NCBI GenBank assembly: GCA_965644295.1
Contig: CBFFRP010000066.1
Location: 248,001 to 312,000, forward strand
Reading direction: 5' to 3'
Origin: Paraphysomonas bandaiensis
Taxonomy: Eukaryota; Protista; Chrysophyceae
Length of the DNA stretch: 64,000 bases
The notes under the pieces: generated by a model
What the model saw: only the letters and a program-made list of their open reading frames with translations
Database searches by the model: none
Told to the model about the DNA's origin: nothing
Translations under genes and position numbers: made by a program
Part shown: piece by piece, positions 51,295 through 64,000 of the stretch
Position numbering within the stretch: the stretch's first letter is position 1
How the letters are laid out: the number at the start of each line of letters is the position of its first letter

Positions 51295-54200
51295 CAAGAG
51301 GCAGCGCTGTGTGACTTCATTCAGGCGACTGATGTTACCTCCATATGGTCTGAGTGGACCTGTGCGGATGTGGGGAATAAGTGCAGTTTCACTGGAGTCA
51401 CTTGTTCAGGATCGAACATAACCAGAGTGGACTTATATGATGGTGGGATATCAGGATCTCTCCCGCCATCATTCGGTAATATGACCTCACTGACATATTT
51501 GAATATTGGTGGCAACTCTCTCACCGGTACTTTGCCCTCATCACTGGGTCAGCTGACTTCTCTTAGTTATCTCTATCTATATTCCAATTCCTTAACAGGT
51601 ACTCTCCCCTCATCATTGGGTCAGATGACTTATCTTGGTGTTCTCGCTCTATATTACAATTCCTTGACGGGTCCTCTCCCCTCATCATTGAGTCAGATAA
51701 CTTCTATTCGTTATCTCCATCTATATCGAAATTCCATAACGGGTCCTCTCCCCTCATCTATCGGTGATATGACTGCATTGACATATTTGAATATTGGTGA
51801 CAACTCTCTCATCGGTACTCTCCCCTCATCATTGGGTCAGATGACTTCTCTTGTTAGTCTCTATCTATATGGCAATGCCATTTCGGGTCCTGTCCCCGAC
51901 TCTTTTTCCAGTCTCACCAAATTACAACTTCTAAGGGGTGAGGACAATATGTTCACAGGTGTCTACCCCTACGAACTGTGCACAATGACTCAATTAACAA
52001 CATTCTACCTCACACAAACCAGTTACCATGAGTGCTTGAGACCCACATCTGCACCGACTTCATTCCCTTCAGTGCAACCGACAATTAACCTGGAAGAGTC
52101 AGCGCTGTGTGACTTTATTCAGGCGACTGATGTTACCTCCATACGGTCTGAGTGGACCTGTGCGGATGTGGGGAATAAGTGCAGTTTCAGTGGAGTCACT
52201 TGTTCAGGATCGCACATTACCTCAGTGGACTTATCTGATGATGGGATATCAGGATCTCTCCCCTCATCTATCGGTGATATGACTGCATTGACATCTTTGA
52301 GTATTGGTTCCAACTCTCTCAACGGTAGTCTGCCCTCATCATTGGGTCAGCTGACTTCTCTTAGAGTTCTCGCCCTACATTACAATTCCTTAACGGGTCA
52401 TCTCCCTTCATCTATCGTTGATATGACTGCATTGACATATTTGAGTATTGGTTACAACTCTCTCAGCGGTACACTGCCCTCGTCATTGGGTCAACTGACT
52501 TCTCTTCGTGCTCTCCATCTATATTACAATTCCTTAACGGGTCCTCTCCTGTCATCTATCGGTGATATGACTGCATTGACATATTTGCATATTGGATCCA
52601 ACTCTCTCAGCGGTACGCTGCCCTTATCATTGTGTCAGCTGACTTCTCTTCGTTATCTCGGTCTACATGTCAATTCCATAACGTATACTCTCCCAACCTC
52701 TATCGGTGATATGACCGCACTGACACATTTGGATATTCGCTCCAACTCTCTGACAGGTACTCTTCCCTCATCATTGGGTCAGCTGACCTCTCTTGTTCAT
52801 CTCAGTCTACATGACAATTCCTTAACGGGCCCTCTCCACTCATCCATTGGTGATATGACAGCATTGACAAATTTGCATATTAGTTCCAACTCTCTCTACG
52901 GTACTCTTCCCTCATCATTGGGTCAGCTGACTTCTCTTCGTTATCTCCATCTATATGGCAATTCCTTAGCGGGTCCTCTCCCGTCGTCAATCGGTGATAT
53001 GACTGCATTGACATATTTGAATATTGGTTCCAACTTTTTCAACGGCACTCTCCCGTCATCATTGGGTCAGCTGACTTCTCTTAGTTATATCTATCTATAT
53101 TACAATTTCATAACAGGTCCCCTCCCCTCATCATTGGGTCAGATGACTTCTCTTGTTGAGCTCTATCTACATGACAATTCCTTAACGGGTTTTCTCCCTG
53201 ACTCTTTTTCCAGTCTAACCAAATTACAACTTCTGAGTGGTGAGGGCAATATGTTTACCCGTGTCTACCCTTCCGATCTATGCACAATGACTCAATTAAC
53301 AACATTCTTTCTTACACAAAACACTTACCATGAATGCTTGAGGCCCACATCCGCACCGACTTCTTTCCCTTCAGGGCAACCGACAATTAACCTGGAAGAG
53401 TCAGCGCTGTGTGACTTTATTCAGGCGACTGATGTTACCTCCAAGCGGACTGAATGGACTTGTGGGAATGTGGGTAATAAATGCAATTTCAGTGGAGTCA
53501 CCTGTTCAGGGTCGCACATTACCTCAGTGGACTTATATGATGATGGGATATCAGGATCTCTCCCCTCATCTATCGGTGATATGACTTCACTTGTTGATCT
53601 CCGTCTACATTCCAATTCCTTAACAGGATCTATCCCGCCCTCTATCGGTGATATGACTGCATTGACACTTTTGAGTATTCGCTCCAACTCTTTCATCGGT
53701 ACTCTGCCCTCATCATTGGGTCGGCTGACTTCTCTTAGTTTTCTCGGCCTACATTACAATTCCTTGACGGGTCCTCTCCCCCAATCATTGGGTCAGATGA
53801 CTTCTCTTACTTATCTCGGCTTACATTTCAATTCCATAACGGGTCCTCTCCTGTCATCTATCGGTGATATGACTGCACTGGTATATTTGGTTTTTGAATC
53901 CAACTCTCTCAACGGTACTCTGCCATCATCATTAGGTCAATTGACTTCCCTTCGTCATCTCCATCTATTTGGTAATTCCATAGCGGGTCATCTCCCCTCA
54001 TCTATCGGTGATATGACTGCATTGACACAATTGAATATTGGTGGCAACTCTTTCATCGGTACTCTGCCCTCATCATTGGGTCGGCTGACTTCTCTTAGTT
54101 ATCTCCATGTACATTACAATTCCTTGACGGGCCCTCTGCCCCCATCATTGGGTCAGATGACTTCTCTTACTTATCTCGGTCTACATTTCAATTCCATAAC

Positions 54201-57200
54201 GGGTCCTCTTCCCTCATCTATCGGTGATATGACTGCATTGGCATATTTGATTTTTGAATCCAACTCTCTCAACGGTACCTTGCCCTCATCACTAGGTCAG
54301 CTGACTTCTCTTAGTTCTCTCTATCTAAATTCCAATTCCATAACGGGCCCTCTCCCGTCATCTTACGGTGATATGACTGCATTGACATATTTGGATATTG
54401 GTGGCAACTCTCTCAACGGTACTCTCCCCTCATCATTGGGTCAGCTGATTTCTCTTCGTGAACTCTATCTACATGACAATTCCTTAATGGGTCCTCTCCC
54501 AGACTCTTTTTCCAGTCTCACCAAATTACGACTTCTAAGGGGTGAGAGCAATATGTTCACAGGTGCCTACCCTTACGAGCTGTGCACAATGACTCAATTA
54601 ACAACGTTCTACCTCACACAAAACAGTCATCATGAATGCTTGAGACCCACATCTGCACCGATTCCCTTCCCTTCAGTGCAACCGACAATTTACCTGGAAG
54701 AGTCAGCGCTGTGTGATTTCATTCAGGCGACTGATGTTACCTCCGTGCGTTCTGAATGGACCTGTGCGGATGTGGGTAATAAATGCAGTTTCAGTGGAGT
54801 CACTTGTTCAGGATCGCACATAACCAGAGTGGACTTATCTGATGATGGCATATCAGGATCTCTGTCGTCATCTATCGGTGATATGACTGCATTGACATAT
54901 TTGAATATTCACTCCAACTTTCTCATCGGTAGTCTGCCCTCATCATTGGGTCAGCTGACTTCTCTTGTTGATCTCAGGCTAGCTGTCAATTCCATAACGG
55001 GTCCTCTCCCCTCATCTATTGGTGATATGACAGCATTGACATATTTGAATATTGGTTCCAACTCTCTCAACGGTGCTCTGCCATCATCATTGGGTCAACT
55101 GTCTTCTCTTAATTATCTCTATCTACGTGTCAATTCCATAACGGGTCCTCTTCCGTCATCTATCGTTGATATGACTGCATTGACATATTTGAATATTGGT
55201 GACAACTCTCTCAGTGGTACTCTGTCCTCATCATTGGGTCAACTGTCTTCTCTTAATTATCTCTATCTATATGGCAATTCCTTAATGGGGACTTTCCCCT
55301 CATCATTGGGTCAGCTGACTTCTCTTCGTGAACTCTATCTACATTCCAATTCCATAACGGGTCCTCTCCCCTCATCTATCGGTGATATGACTGCATTGAC
55401 ATATTTGAATATTCGCTCCAACTCTCTCAACGGTACTCTCCCCTCATCATTGGGTCAGCTGACTTCTCTTCGTTTTATCAATGTACATGACAATTTCTTG
55501 AGGGGCCCTCTCCCTGACTCTATTTCCAGTCTCACCAAATTACAACTTTTAAGGGTTGATGGCAATATGTTCACACGTGTTTACCCTTACGAGCTGTGCA
55601 CAATGACTCAATTAACAACATTCTACCTCACACAAACCAGTTACAATGAATGCTTGAGACCCACATCTGCACCGACTCCTTTCCCTTCAGGACAACCGAC
55701 AATTAACCTGGAAGAGTCAGCGCTGTGTGACTTCATTCAGGCGACTGATGTTACCTCCGTACGTTCTGAATGGACCTGTGCGGATGTGGGTAATAAATGC
55801 AGTTTCAGTGGAGTCACCTGTTCAGGATCAGACATAACCAGAGTGAGCTTATATGATGATGGGATATCAGGATCTCTGTCGTCATCTATCGGTGATATGA
55901 CTGCATTGACATATTTGAGTATTGGTTCCAACTCTCTCAACGGTGCTCTGCCATCATCATTGGGTCAGATGACCGCATTGACATATCTCCATATTGCTGA
56001 CAACTCTCTCGCCGGTACTCTGCCGTTATCATTGGGTCAGATGACTTCACTTGTTGAGCTCCGTCTATATGGCAATTTCTTGACGGGTCCTCTCCCGTCA
56101 TCTATCGGTGATATGACTGCATTGACATATCTGCATATTGCTGACAACTCTCTCAACGGTACTCTGCCCTCATCATTGGGTCAGCTGACTTCACTTGTTC
56201 ATCTCAGTCTATATGGCAATTCCTTAATTGGTACTCTCCCTTCATCTATCGGTGATATGACCGCATTGACATATTTGAATATTGGTTCCAACTCTCTCAC
56301 CGGTACTCTGCCTTCATCATTGGCTCAGCTGACTTCTCTTCGAGCTCTCCGTCTATATGGCAATTCCTTAACGGGTCCTCTCCTGTCATCTATCGGTAGT
56401 GAATGTCTGATTATTTAGCAATAGGCGTTGAGACCTTGCATCAATTAGTGGCTAGAAGAATGCTAGTCATACTAGTTAGACCACTACCCGTAATCATCTA
56501 TCGGTAATATGACTGCATTGACATATTTAAATATTGATGGCAACTCCTTCATCGGTACTCTCCCCTCATCATTGGGTCAGATGACTTCTCTTGGTCATCT
56601 CTATCTCACTGGCAATTCCATATCAGGATCTCTACCCTCATCCATAGGTGATATGACTACATTGACATATTTGCATATTGGTTCCAACTCTCTCAACGGT
56701 GCTCTGCCATCATCTTTGGGTCAGCTGACTTCTATTCGTTATCTCCATCTATATGGAAATTCCATAACGGGTCCTCTCCCCTCATCTATCGGTGATATGA
56801 CTGCATTGACATATTTGAATATTGGTGGCAACTCTCTCATCGGTACTATTCCCTCATCATTGGGTCAGATGACTTCTCTTGTTAGTCTCTATCTATATGG
56901 CAATGCCATTTCGGGTCCTGTCCCCGACTCTTTTTCCAGTCTCACCAAATTACAACTTTTAAGGGGTGAGGGCAATATGTTTACAGGTGTCTACCCCTAC
57001 GAGCTGTGCACAATGACTCAATTAACAACATTCTACCTCACACAAACCAGTTACAATGAATGCTTGAGACCCACATCTGCACCGACTTCATTCCCTTCAG
57101 TGCAACCGACAATTAACCTGGAAGAGTCAGCGCTGTGTGACTTTATTCAGGCGACTGATGTTACCTCCATACGGTCTGAGTGGACCTGTGCGGATGTGGG

Positions 57201-60200
57201 GAATAAGTGCAGTTTCACTGGAGTCACTTGTTCAGGATCCAACATAACCAGAGTGGACTTATATGGTGATGGGATATCAGGATCTCTCCCCTCATCTATC
57301 GGTGACATGACCGCATTGACATATTTGAGTGTTGGTTCCAACTCACTCATCGGTACTCTGCCCTCATCACTGGGCCAGATGACTTCTCTTAGTGTTCTCG
57401 CTCTATATTACAATTCCTTGACGGGTCCTCTCCCCTCATCATTGAGTCAGATAACTTCTATTCGTTATCTCCATCTATATGGAAATTCCATAACGGGTCC
57501 TCTCCCCTCATCTATCGGTGGTATGACTGCATTGACATATTTGGATATTGGTGGCAACTCTCTCATCGGTACTATTCCCTCATCATTGGGTCAGATGACT
57601 TCTCTTGTTAGTCTCTATCTATATGGCAATGCCATTTCGGGTCCTGTCCCCGGCTCTTTTTCCAGTCTCACCAAATTACAACTTCTAAGGGGTGAGGGCA
57701 ATATGTTCACAGGTGTCTACCCTTACGAGCTGTGCACAATGACTCAATTAACAACATTCTACCTCACACAAAACACTTACCATGAATGCTTGAGGCCCAC
57801 ATCTGCACCGACTTCATTCCCTTCAGGGCAACCGACAATTAACCTGGAAGAGTCAGCGCTATGCGACTTCATTGCGGCGACGAATATTTCCTCCAAACGG
57901 ACAGAGTGGACCTGCGGGAATGTGGGGAATAAATGCATCTTCAGTGGAGTCACCTGTTCAGTATCGAACATTATCAGGATGGACTTATATAATTTTGATT
58001 TTGCAGGATCACTCCCGTCCTCTGTTGGTGATATGACGGGATTGACATATTTAGAAATTGGACGCAACTCTCTCATCGGTACTCTCCCCTCATCATTGGG
58101 TCAGCTGCTTTCTCTTAGTTATCTCTATATATATGACAATTCCATAACGGGTTCTCTCCCGTCCTCTATTGGTGAAATGACTACATTGATAACTTTGAGT
58201 ATTGGCTACAACTCTCTCATCGGTACTCTGCCATTATCATTGTGTCAACTGACTTCTCTTAGTAAACTCCGTCTAAATGACAATTCCATAACGGGTCCTC
58301 TCCCGTCGTCAATCGGTGATATGACTGCATTGACATATTTGGATATTAGTTCCAACTCTCTCTACGGTACTCTTCCCTCATCATTGGGTCAGATGACTTC
58401 TCTTGGTTATCTCCATCTATATGGCAATTCCGTGACGGGTCCTCTCCCGTCATCTATCGGTAATATGACTGCATTGACATATTTGGATATTGGTTCCAAC
58501 TCTCTCATCGGTACCCTCCCCTCGTCATTGGGTCAACTGACTTCTCTTAGTTATCTCTATCTATATGACAATTCCTTGACGGGTCCTCTCCCGTCCTCAA
58601 TCGGTGATATGACTGCATTGACATATTTGGATATTAGTTCCAACTCTCTCTACGGTACTCTTCCCTCATCATTGGGTCAGATGACTTCTCTTGGTTATCT
58701 CCATCTATATGGCAATTCCGTGACGGGTCCTCTCCCGTCATCTATCGGTAATATGACTGCATTGACATATTTGGATATTGGTTCCAACTCTCTCATCGGT
58801 ACCCTCCCCTCGTCATTGGGTCAACTGACTTCTCTTAGTTATCTCTATCTATATGACAATTCCTTGACGGGTCCTCTCCCGTCCTCAATCGGTGATATGA
58901 CTGCATTGACATATTTGGATATTAGTTCCAACTCTCTCAACGGTGCTCTGCCCTCATCATTGGGTCAGCTGACTTCTCTTGTTGAGCTCTATCTCTCTGG
59001 CAATTCCATAACAGGCTCTCTCCCTGACTATTTTTCCAGTCTAAGCAAATTACAAGTTCTAAGGGTTGATGGCAATATGTTCACACGTGTCTACCCTTAC
59101 GAGCTGTGCACAATGACTCAGTTAACAACATTCTACCTCACACAAAACAGTCATCATGAATGCTTGAGACCCACATCTGCACCGACTCCTTTCCCTTCAG
59201 GGCAACCGACAATTAACCTGGAAGAGTCAGCGCTGTGTGACTTCATTCAGGCGACTGATGTTACCTCCGTACGTTCTGAATGGACCTGTGCGGATGTGGG
59301 TAATAAATGCAGTTTCAGTGGAGTCACCTGTTCAGGATCAGACATAACCAGAGTGAGCTTATATGATGATGGGATATCAGGATCTCTGTCGTCATCTATC
59401 GGTGATATGACCGCATTGACATATTTGAGTGTTGGGTCCAACTCTCTAATCGGTAGTCTGCCCTCATCATTGGGTCAGATGACCGCATTGACATATCTCC
59501 ATATTGCTGACAACTCTCTCGCCGGTACTCTGCCGTTATCATTGGGTCAGCTGACTTCACTTGTTGAGCTCCGTCTATATGGCAATTTCTTGACGGGTCC
59601 TCTCCCGTCATCTATCGGTGATATGACTGCATTGACATATCTGCATATTGCTGACAACTCTCTCAACGGTACTCTGCCCTCATCATTGGGTCAGCTGACT
59701 TCACTTGTTCATCTCAGTCTATATGGCAATTCCTTAATTGGTACTCTCCCTTCATCTATCGGTGATATGACCGCATTGACATATTTGAATATTGGTTCCA
59801 ACTCTCTCACCGGTACTCTGCCTTCATCATTGGCTCAGCTGACTTCTCTTCGAGCTCTCCGTCTATATGGCAATTCCTTAACGGGTCCTCTCCTGTCATC
59901 TATCGGTAATATGACTGCATTGACATATTTAAATATTGATGGCAACTCCTTCATCGGTACTCTCCCCTCATCATTGGGTCAGATGACTTCTCTTGGTCAT
60001 CTCTATCTCACTGGCAATTCCATATCAGGATCTCTACCCTCATCCATAGGTGATATGACTACATTGACATATTTGCATATTGGTTCCAACTCTCTCAACG
60101 GTGCTCTGCCATCATCTTTGGGTCAGCTGACTTCTATTCGTTATCTCCATCTATATGGAAATTCCATAACGGGTCCTCTCCCCTCATCTATCGGTGATAT

Positions 60201-61320
60201 GACTGCATTGACATATTTGAATATTGGTGGCAACTCTCTCATCGGTACTATTCCCTCATCATTGGGTCAGATGACTTCTCTTGTTAGTCTCTATCTATAT
60301 GGCAATGCCATTTCGGGTCCTGTCCCCGACTCTTTTTCCAGTCTCACCAAATTACAACTTTTAAGGGGTGAGGGCAATATGTTTACAGGTGTCTACCCCT
60401 ACGAGCTGTGCACAATGACTCAATTAACAACATTCTACCTCACACAAACCAGTTACAATGAATGCTTGAGACCCACATCTGCACCGACTTCATTCCCTTC
60501 AGTGCAACCGACAATTAACCTGGAAGAGTCAGCGCTGTGTGACTTTATTCAGGCGACTGATGTTACCTCCGTACGGTCTGAGTGGACCTGTGCGGATGTG
60601 GGGAATAAATGCAGTTTCAGTGGAGTCACTTGTTCAGGATCGCACATAACCAGAGTGAGCTTACCTAATGATGGGATATCAGGATCTCTGTCGTCATCTA
60701 TTGGTGATATGACTGCATTGACATCTTTGAGTATTCGCTCCAACTCTCTCAACGGAACTCTCCCCTCATCATTGGGTCAGCTGACTTCTCTTCGTTATCT
60801 CCATGTATATGACAATTCCATAACGGGCCCTCTCCCAACCTCTATCGGTGATATGACAGCATTGACATATTTGGATATTCGCTCCAACTCTCTCATCGGC
60901 ACTCTTCCCTCATCATTGGGTCAGCTGACTTCTCTTGTTGAGCTCTATCTACGTGACAATTCTATAACCGGCCTTCTTCCGTCATCTATCGGTAATATGA
61001 CTGCATTGAGGTATTTGAGTATTATTTCCAACTCTCTCATCGGTACTATTCCCTCATCATTTGGCCACCTGACTTCTCTTGTCGGTCTCTATCTGTCACA
61101 CAATTCCATAACAGGCCCTCTCCCCGACTCTTTTTCCAGTCTAACTAATTTACAACTTCTGAGTGGTGAGAGCAATATGTTTACAGGTGTCTACCCCTAC
61201 GAGCTGTGCACAATGACTCAATTAACAACATTCTACCTCACACAAACCAGTTACCATGAGTGCTTGAGACCCACATCTGCACCGACTTCATTCCCTTCAG
61301 TACAGCCATCAGGTGAACCT
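51295..61320 (+). repeat. Nine tandem cap-LRRn-cap modules starting at 51295, 52093, 53395, 54697, 55711, 57121, 57847, 59221, 60523
   Basis: Each begins (Q/E)E(A/S)ALCDFI and ends LCTMTQLTTF.LTQ...ECLRPTSAP; lengths 798, 1302, 1302, 1014, 1410, 726, 1374, 1302, ~798 bp. Confidence 0.93.
56399..56493. mobile_element. 95-bp insertion with 13-bp TSD TCATCTATCGGTA (probable truncated non-LTR/SINE-like insert)
   Basis: TSD at 56386-56398 and 56494-56506; the sister module has the empty site CTGTCATCTATCGGTAATATG at ~59893-59913; module 5 is exactly 108 bp longer than module 8. Confidence 0.88.
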
Positions 61321-63000
61321 ACAGGACAGCCATCAGTTAAACCCACTGGGCAACCGTCTGACCAACCTAGCCGACAGCCTTCAGGTCAGCCATCTGGTAA
61401 ACCAACAGGACAACCATCATATCAACCCACAGGTGAGCCATCTGGGATTCCTACAGGACAGCCATCTCGTGAACCAACAGCACAACCATCTGGGCAACCT
61501 ACAGGACAGCCATCAGGTCATCCGTCATGTCAACCCACTGGACAGCCGTCTGGCCAACCTAGCAGACAGCCATCTGGGATCCCTACTGGACAGCCATCTC
61601 GTGAACCAACAGGACAACCATCTGGGCAACCTACAGGACAGCCATCAGGTCAGCCGTCATATCAACCCACTGGACAACCTTCTGGCCAACCTAGCAGACA
61701 GCCTTCAGGTCAGCCATCTGGTAAACCAACAGGACAACCATCAGGTCAGCCATCTAGTGAACCAACAGGACAGCCATCATATCAACCCACAGGTGAGCCA
61801 TCTGGGATTCCTACAGGACAGCCATCTCGTGAACCAACAGGTGGGCCATCTGGGACCCCTACTGGACAGCCATCTGGTGAACCTACAGGACAGCCGTCAT
61901 GTCAACCTACAGGACAGCCATCTGGTCTACCCACAGGTGGGCCATCTGGGACCCCTACAGGACAGCCATCTGGTGAACCTACAGGACAACCATCTGGGCA
62001 ACCTACAGGACAGCCATCAGGTCAGCCGTCATATCAACCCACTGGACAACCTTCTGGCCAACCTAGCAGACAGCCTTCAGGTCAGCCATCTGGTAAACCA
62101 ACAGGACAACCATCAGGTCAGCCATCTAGTGAACCAACTGGACAGCCATCATATCAACCCACAGGTGAGCCATCTGGGATTCCTACAGGACAGCCATCTC
62201 GTGAACCAACAGCACAACCATCTGGGCAACCTACAGGACAGCCATCAGGTCATCCGTCATGTCAACCCACTGGACAGCCGTCTGGCCAACCTAGCAGACA
62301 GCCATCTGGGATCCCTACTGGACAGCCAACAGGGGAGCCATCTCGGATCCCTACAGGACAGCCATCTGGGATCCCAACAGGACAGCCATCTGGCCAATCT
62401 AGTGAACGACCAACAGGACAACCATTAGGTCAGCCATCTAGTGAACCAACAGGACAGCCATCTGGGAGCCCCACAGGTGAGCTATCTGGTATCCCTACAG
62501 GACAGCCTTCTGGTGAACCAACAGCACAACCATCTGGGCAACCTACAGGACAGCCATCAGGTCAGCCGTCATGTCAACCCACTGGACAGCCGTCTGGCCA
62601 ACCTAGCAGACAGCCATCTGGGATCCCTACTGGACAGCCATCTGGTGAACCAACAGGACAGCCATCAGGGGAGCCATCTGGTGAACCTACAGGAAAACTA
62701 TTAGGTCAGCCATCTGGTGAACCTACAGGACAACCATTAGGTCAGCCATCTAGTGAACCAACAGGACAGCCATCAGGTGAACCTGCAGGACATCCATTAG
62801 GTGAGCCATCTGGGATCTCTACAGAACAGCCATCAGGTCAACCCACAGGTGAGCCATCTGGGATCCCCACTGGACAGCCATCTGGGAGCCCCACAGGTGA
62901 GCCATCTGGTATCCCAACAGGTCAGCCATCATGTCAACCTACAGGACAGACACCAGGGCTATCTACTGGACAGCCGTCTGGGCAACAACATTCGACTTTT
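61300..63000 (+). repeat. PT-type stalk repeats of gene 4
   Basis: PTGQPSG tetrapeptide repeats with larger internal duplications. Confidence 0.9.
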
Positions 63001-64000
63001 CCATCGCAGCATGCTCCTTTAGTTGCACATTTACCTGAGATATTACGTATGGACTGGACTGCGTATCGAGATCGCGTTACACTTTCAATTCAGCTCTCAA
63101 ACAGAGGCTATGTCTATTGTGCAAGCGTTGAATCTATGGTAATCGTCGTTACTGTTAATTCTGTAATTTCTGCAAACAATTTTGACTATGTGGACGACGC
63201 TTCTGTTAACGCCTCAATCTCGATTACATCTCTGACACCGTCCACGAATTACACACTTTATTGCGTCACGCAAAACAATGACTTGTTAGCTACCTCGTAT
63301 GAAGAAATGCTCTCGAATGCAGTCGTTTGGAAAACTCTATGTTGTAAGAGCATATATGTGGATTTGAATATGTTTGTGCTGCAAGCGTATAGTGTGGGAT
63401 GGAATATGGTTGCAGTTACCCTTTCGGCAGCTCCATCATCCGGCAGTGATGTGTGGATATCTGCTGAGGTGTCAAATAGCAGTGGTTCGTACACTGTATC
63501 CCCCTTTCTGGATGACACTGTGACTGTTGCGCATTCCTCATGGTCGAAAACTCATTTCTTCACTGTCGCCAACTGTGCGCCGGGACTGTACACACTACAG
63601 GTGACGATGATGGATTTTTCAGTGCAGCAGGAGTATGATGTGGTCTTCCGAAGTGGGCAGTCGTTCACTGTAGAGCCCTCTGCAGTAGAACCCAGCACCC
63701 CGCGTTTAACGTCAGCACAGTTCTCGAAGAGTGGTGAGTCCGCTGTCCTGAAATTTGATTCACCTACGGACAAGGCGCGATATTCCTCATATTTCAAGTG
63801 CTCTCGTCTCCTGAATGTAGCTGGGGCCTCATCGTCAGACTGTCTTTGGACCTCGGCCACCACACTTACTGTGTATTTCAAAGGGCCTCTTCTTCCTGAA
63901 GTGGGTGATAGTGTGGTGCTACTACCGGGTCAACTGCGAGCGCAATGCACCTCCACATCATCAGAGTGTACAGGCTGGGCTACTGTGAACAGAACAGAGA

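Larger units (their letters stand above)
51208..64000 (+). pseudogene. Receptor gene 4 (body B paralog, runs off the window): nine capped LRR modules, stalk, start of body; interrupted by a stop-bearing insertion at 56399-56493
   Basis: ATG at 51208 by homology (MNPSIRC). The frame stops at 56418 inside the insertion and resumes in the same frame at 56494, reading through to VGDSVVLLPGQLRAQC...NRTE at the window end; 62970-64000 is nearly identical to gene 3 39655-40685. Confidence 0.82.

Noticed and set aside
56399-56493. tRNA-like look of the reverse strand (GGGTAGTGGTCTAACTAGTATGA resembles an A box)
   Set aside because: No GTTCRA B box and no cloverleaf; not enough to call a tRNA or tRNA-derived SINE.
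56396-56506. Insertion as a new intron (GT at 56396 or 56399, AG at 56479)
   Set aside because: Frame-preserving splices retain the in-frame TAA at 56491-93 and the TSD contains no AG.
51295-61320. Diversity-generating retroelement as the cause of LRR variation
   Set aside because: No reverse transcriptase or template/variable repeat pair in the window, and changes are not evidently restricted to adenines.

Overview
Eukaryotic DNA with short GT-AG introns; a stramenopile/ochrophyte-like protist is my inference from protein style, not a database result. The window is dominated by four giant surface-receptor genes with one architecture: signal peptide, Cys cap, 24-aa plant-type LRR array, (P-S/T-G-Q/E)n mucin-like stalk, REJ-like/Cys-rich/EGF/GPS-like region and a polycystin-1-like multi-pass membrane region. 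Two 'body A' genes lie on the minus strand as a ~15.65-kb tandem duplication (1551-13978 intact; 17201-29632 frameshifted at ~27510). Two 'body B' genes lie on the plus strand (36774-46987 intact; 51208 to beyond 64000 with nine capped LRR modules, ~101 LRRs, interrupted by a 95-bp insertion with a 13-bp target-site duplication). Bodies A and B are highly diverged, yet their N-terminal heads are nearly identical at DNA level, mosaic, differ by exact multiples of 72 bp and vary mainly at concave-face codons. This suggests a recombination-diversified LRR receptor repertoire. Between the inverted pairs sit a convergent MFS sugar-porter gene and a membrane-anchored GH37 trehalase gene. Intergenic DNA holds copia-type LTR relics, a PIF/Harbinger-type MITE, a foldback hairpin and micro/minisatellites. 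No rRNA, tRNA or CRISPR array is supported.
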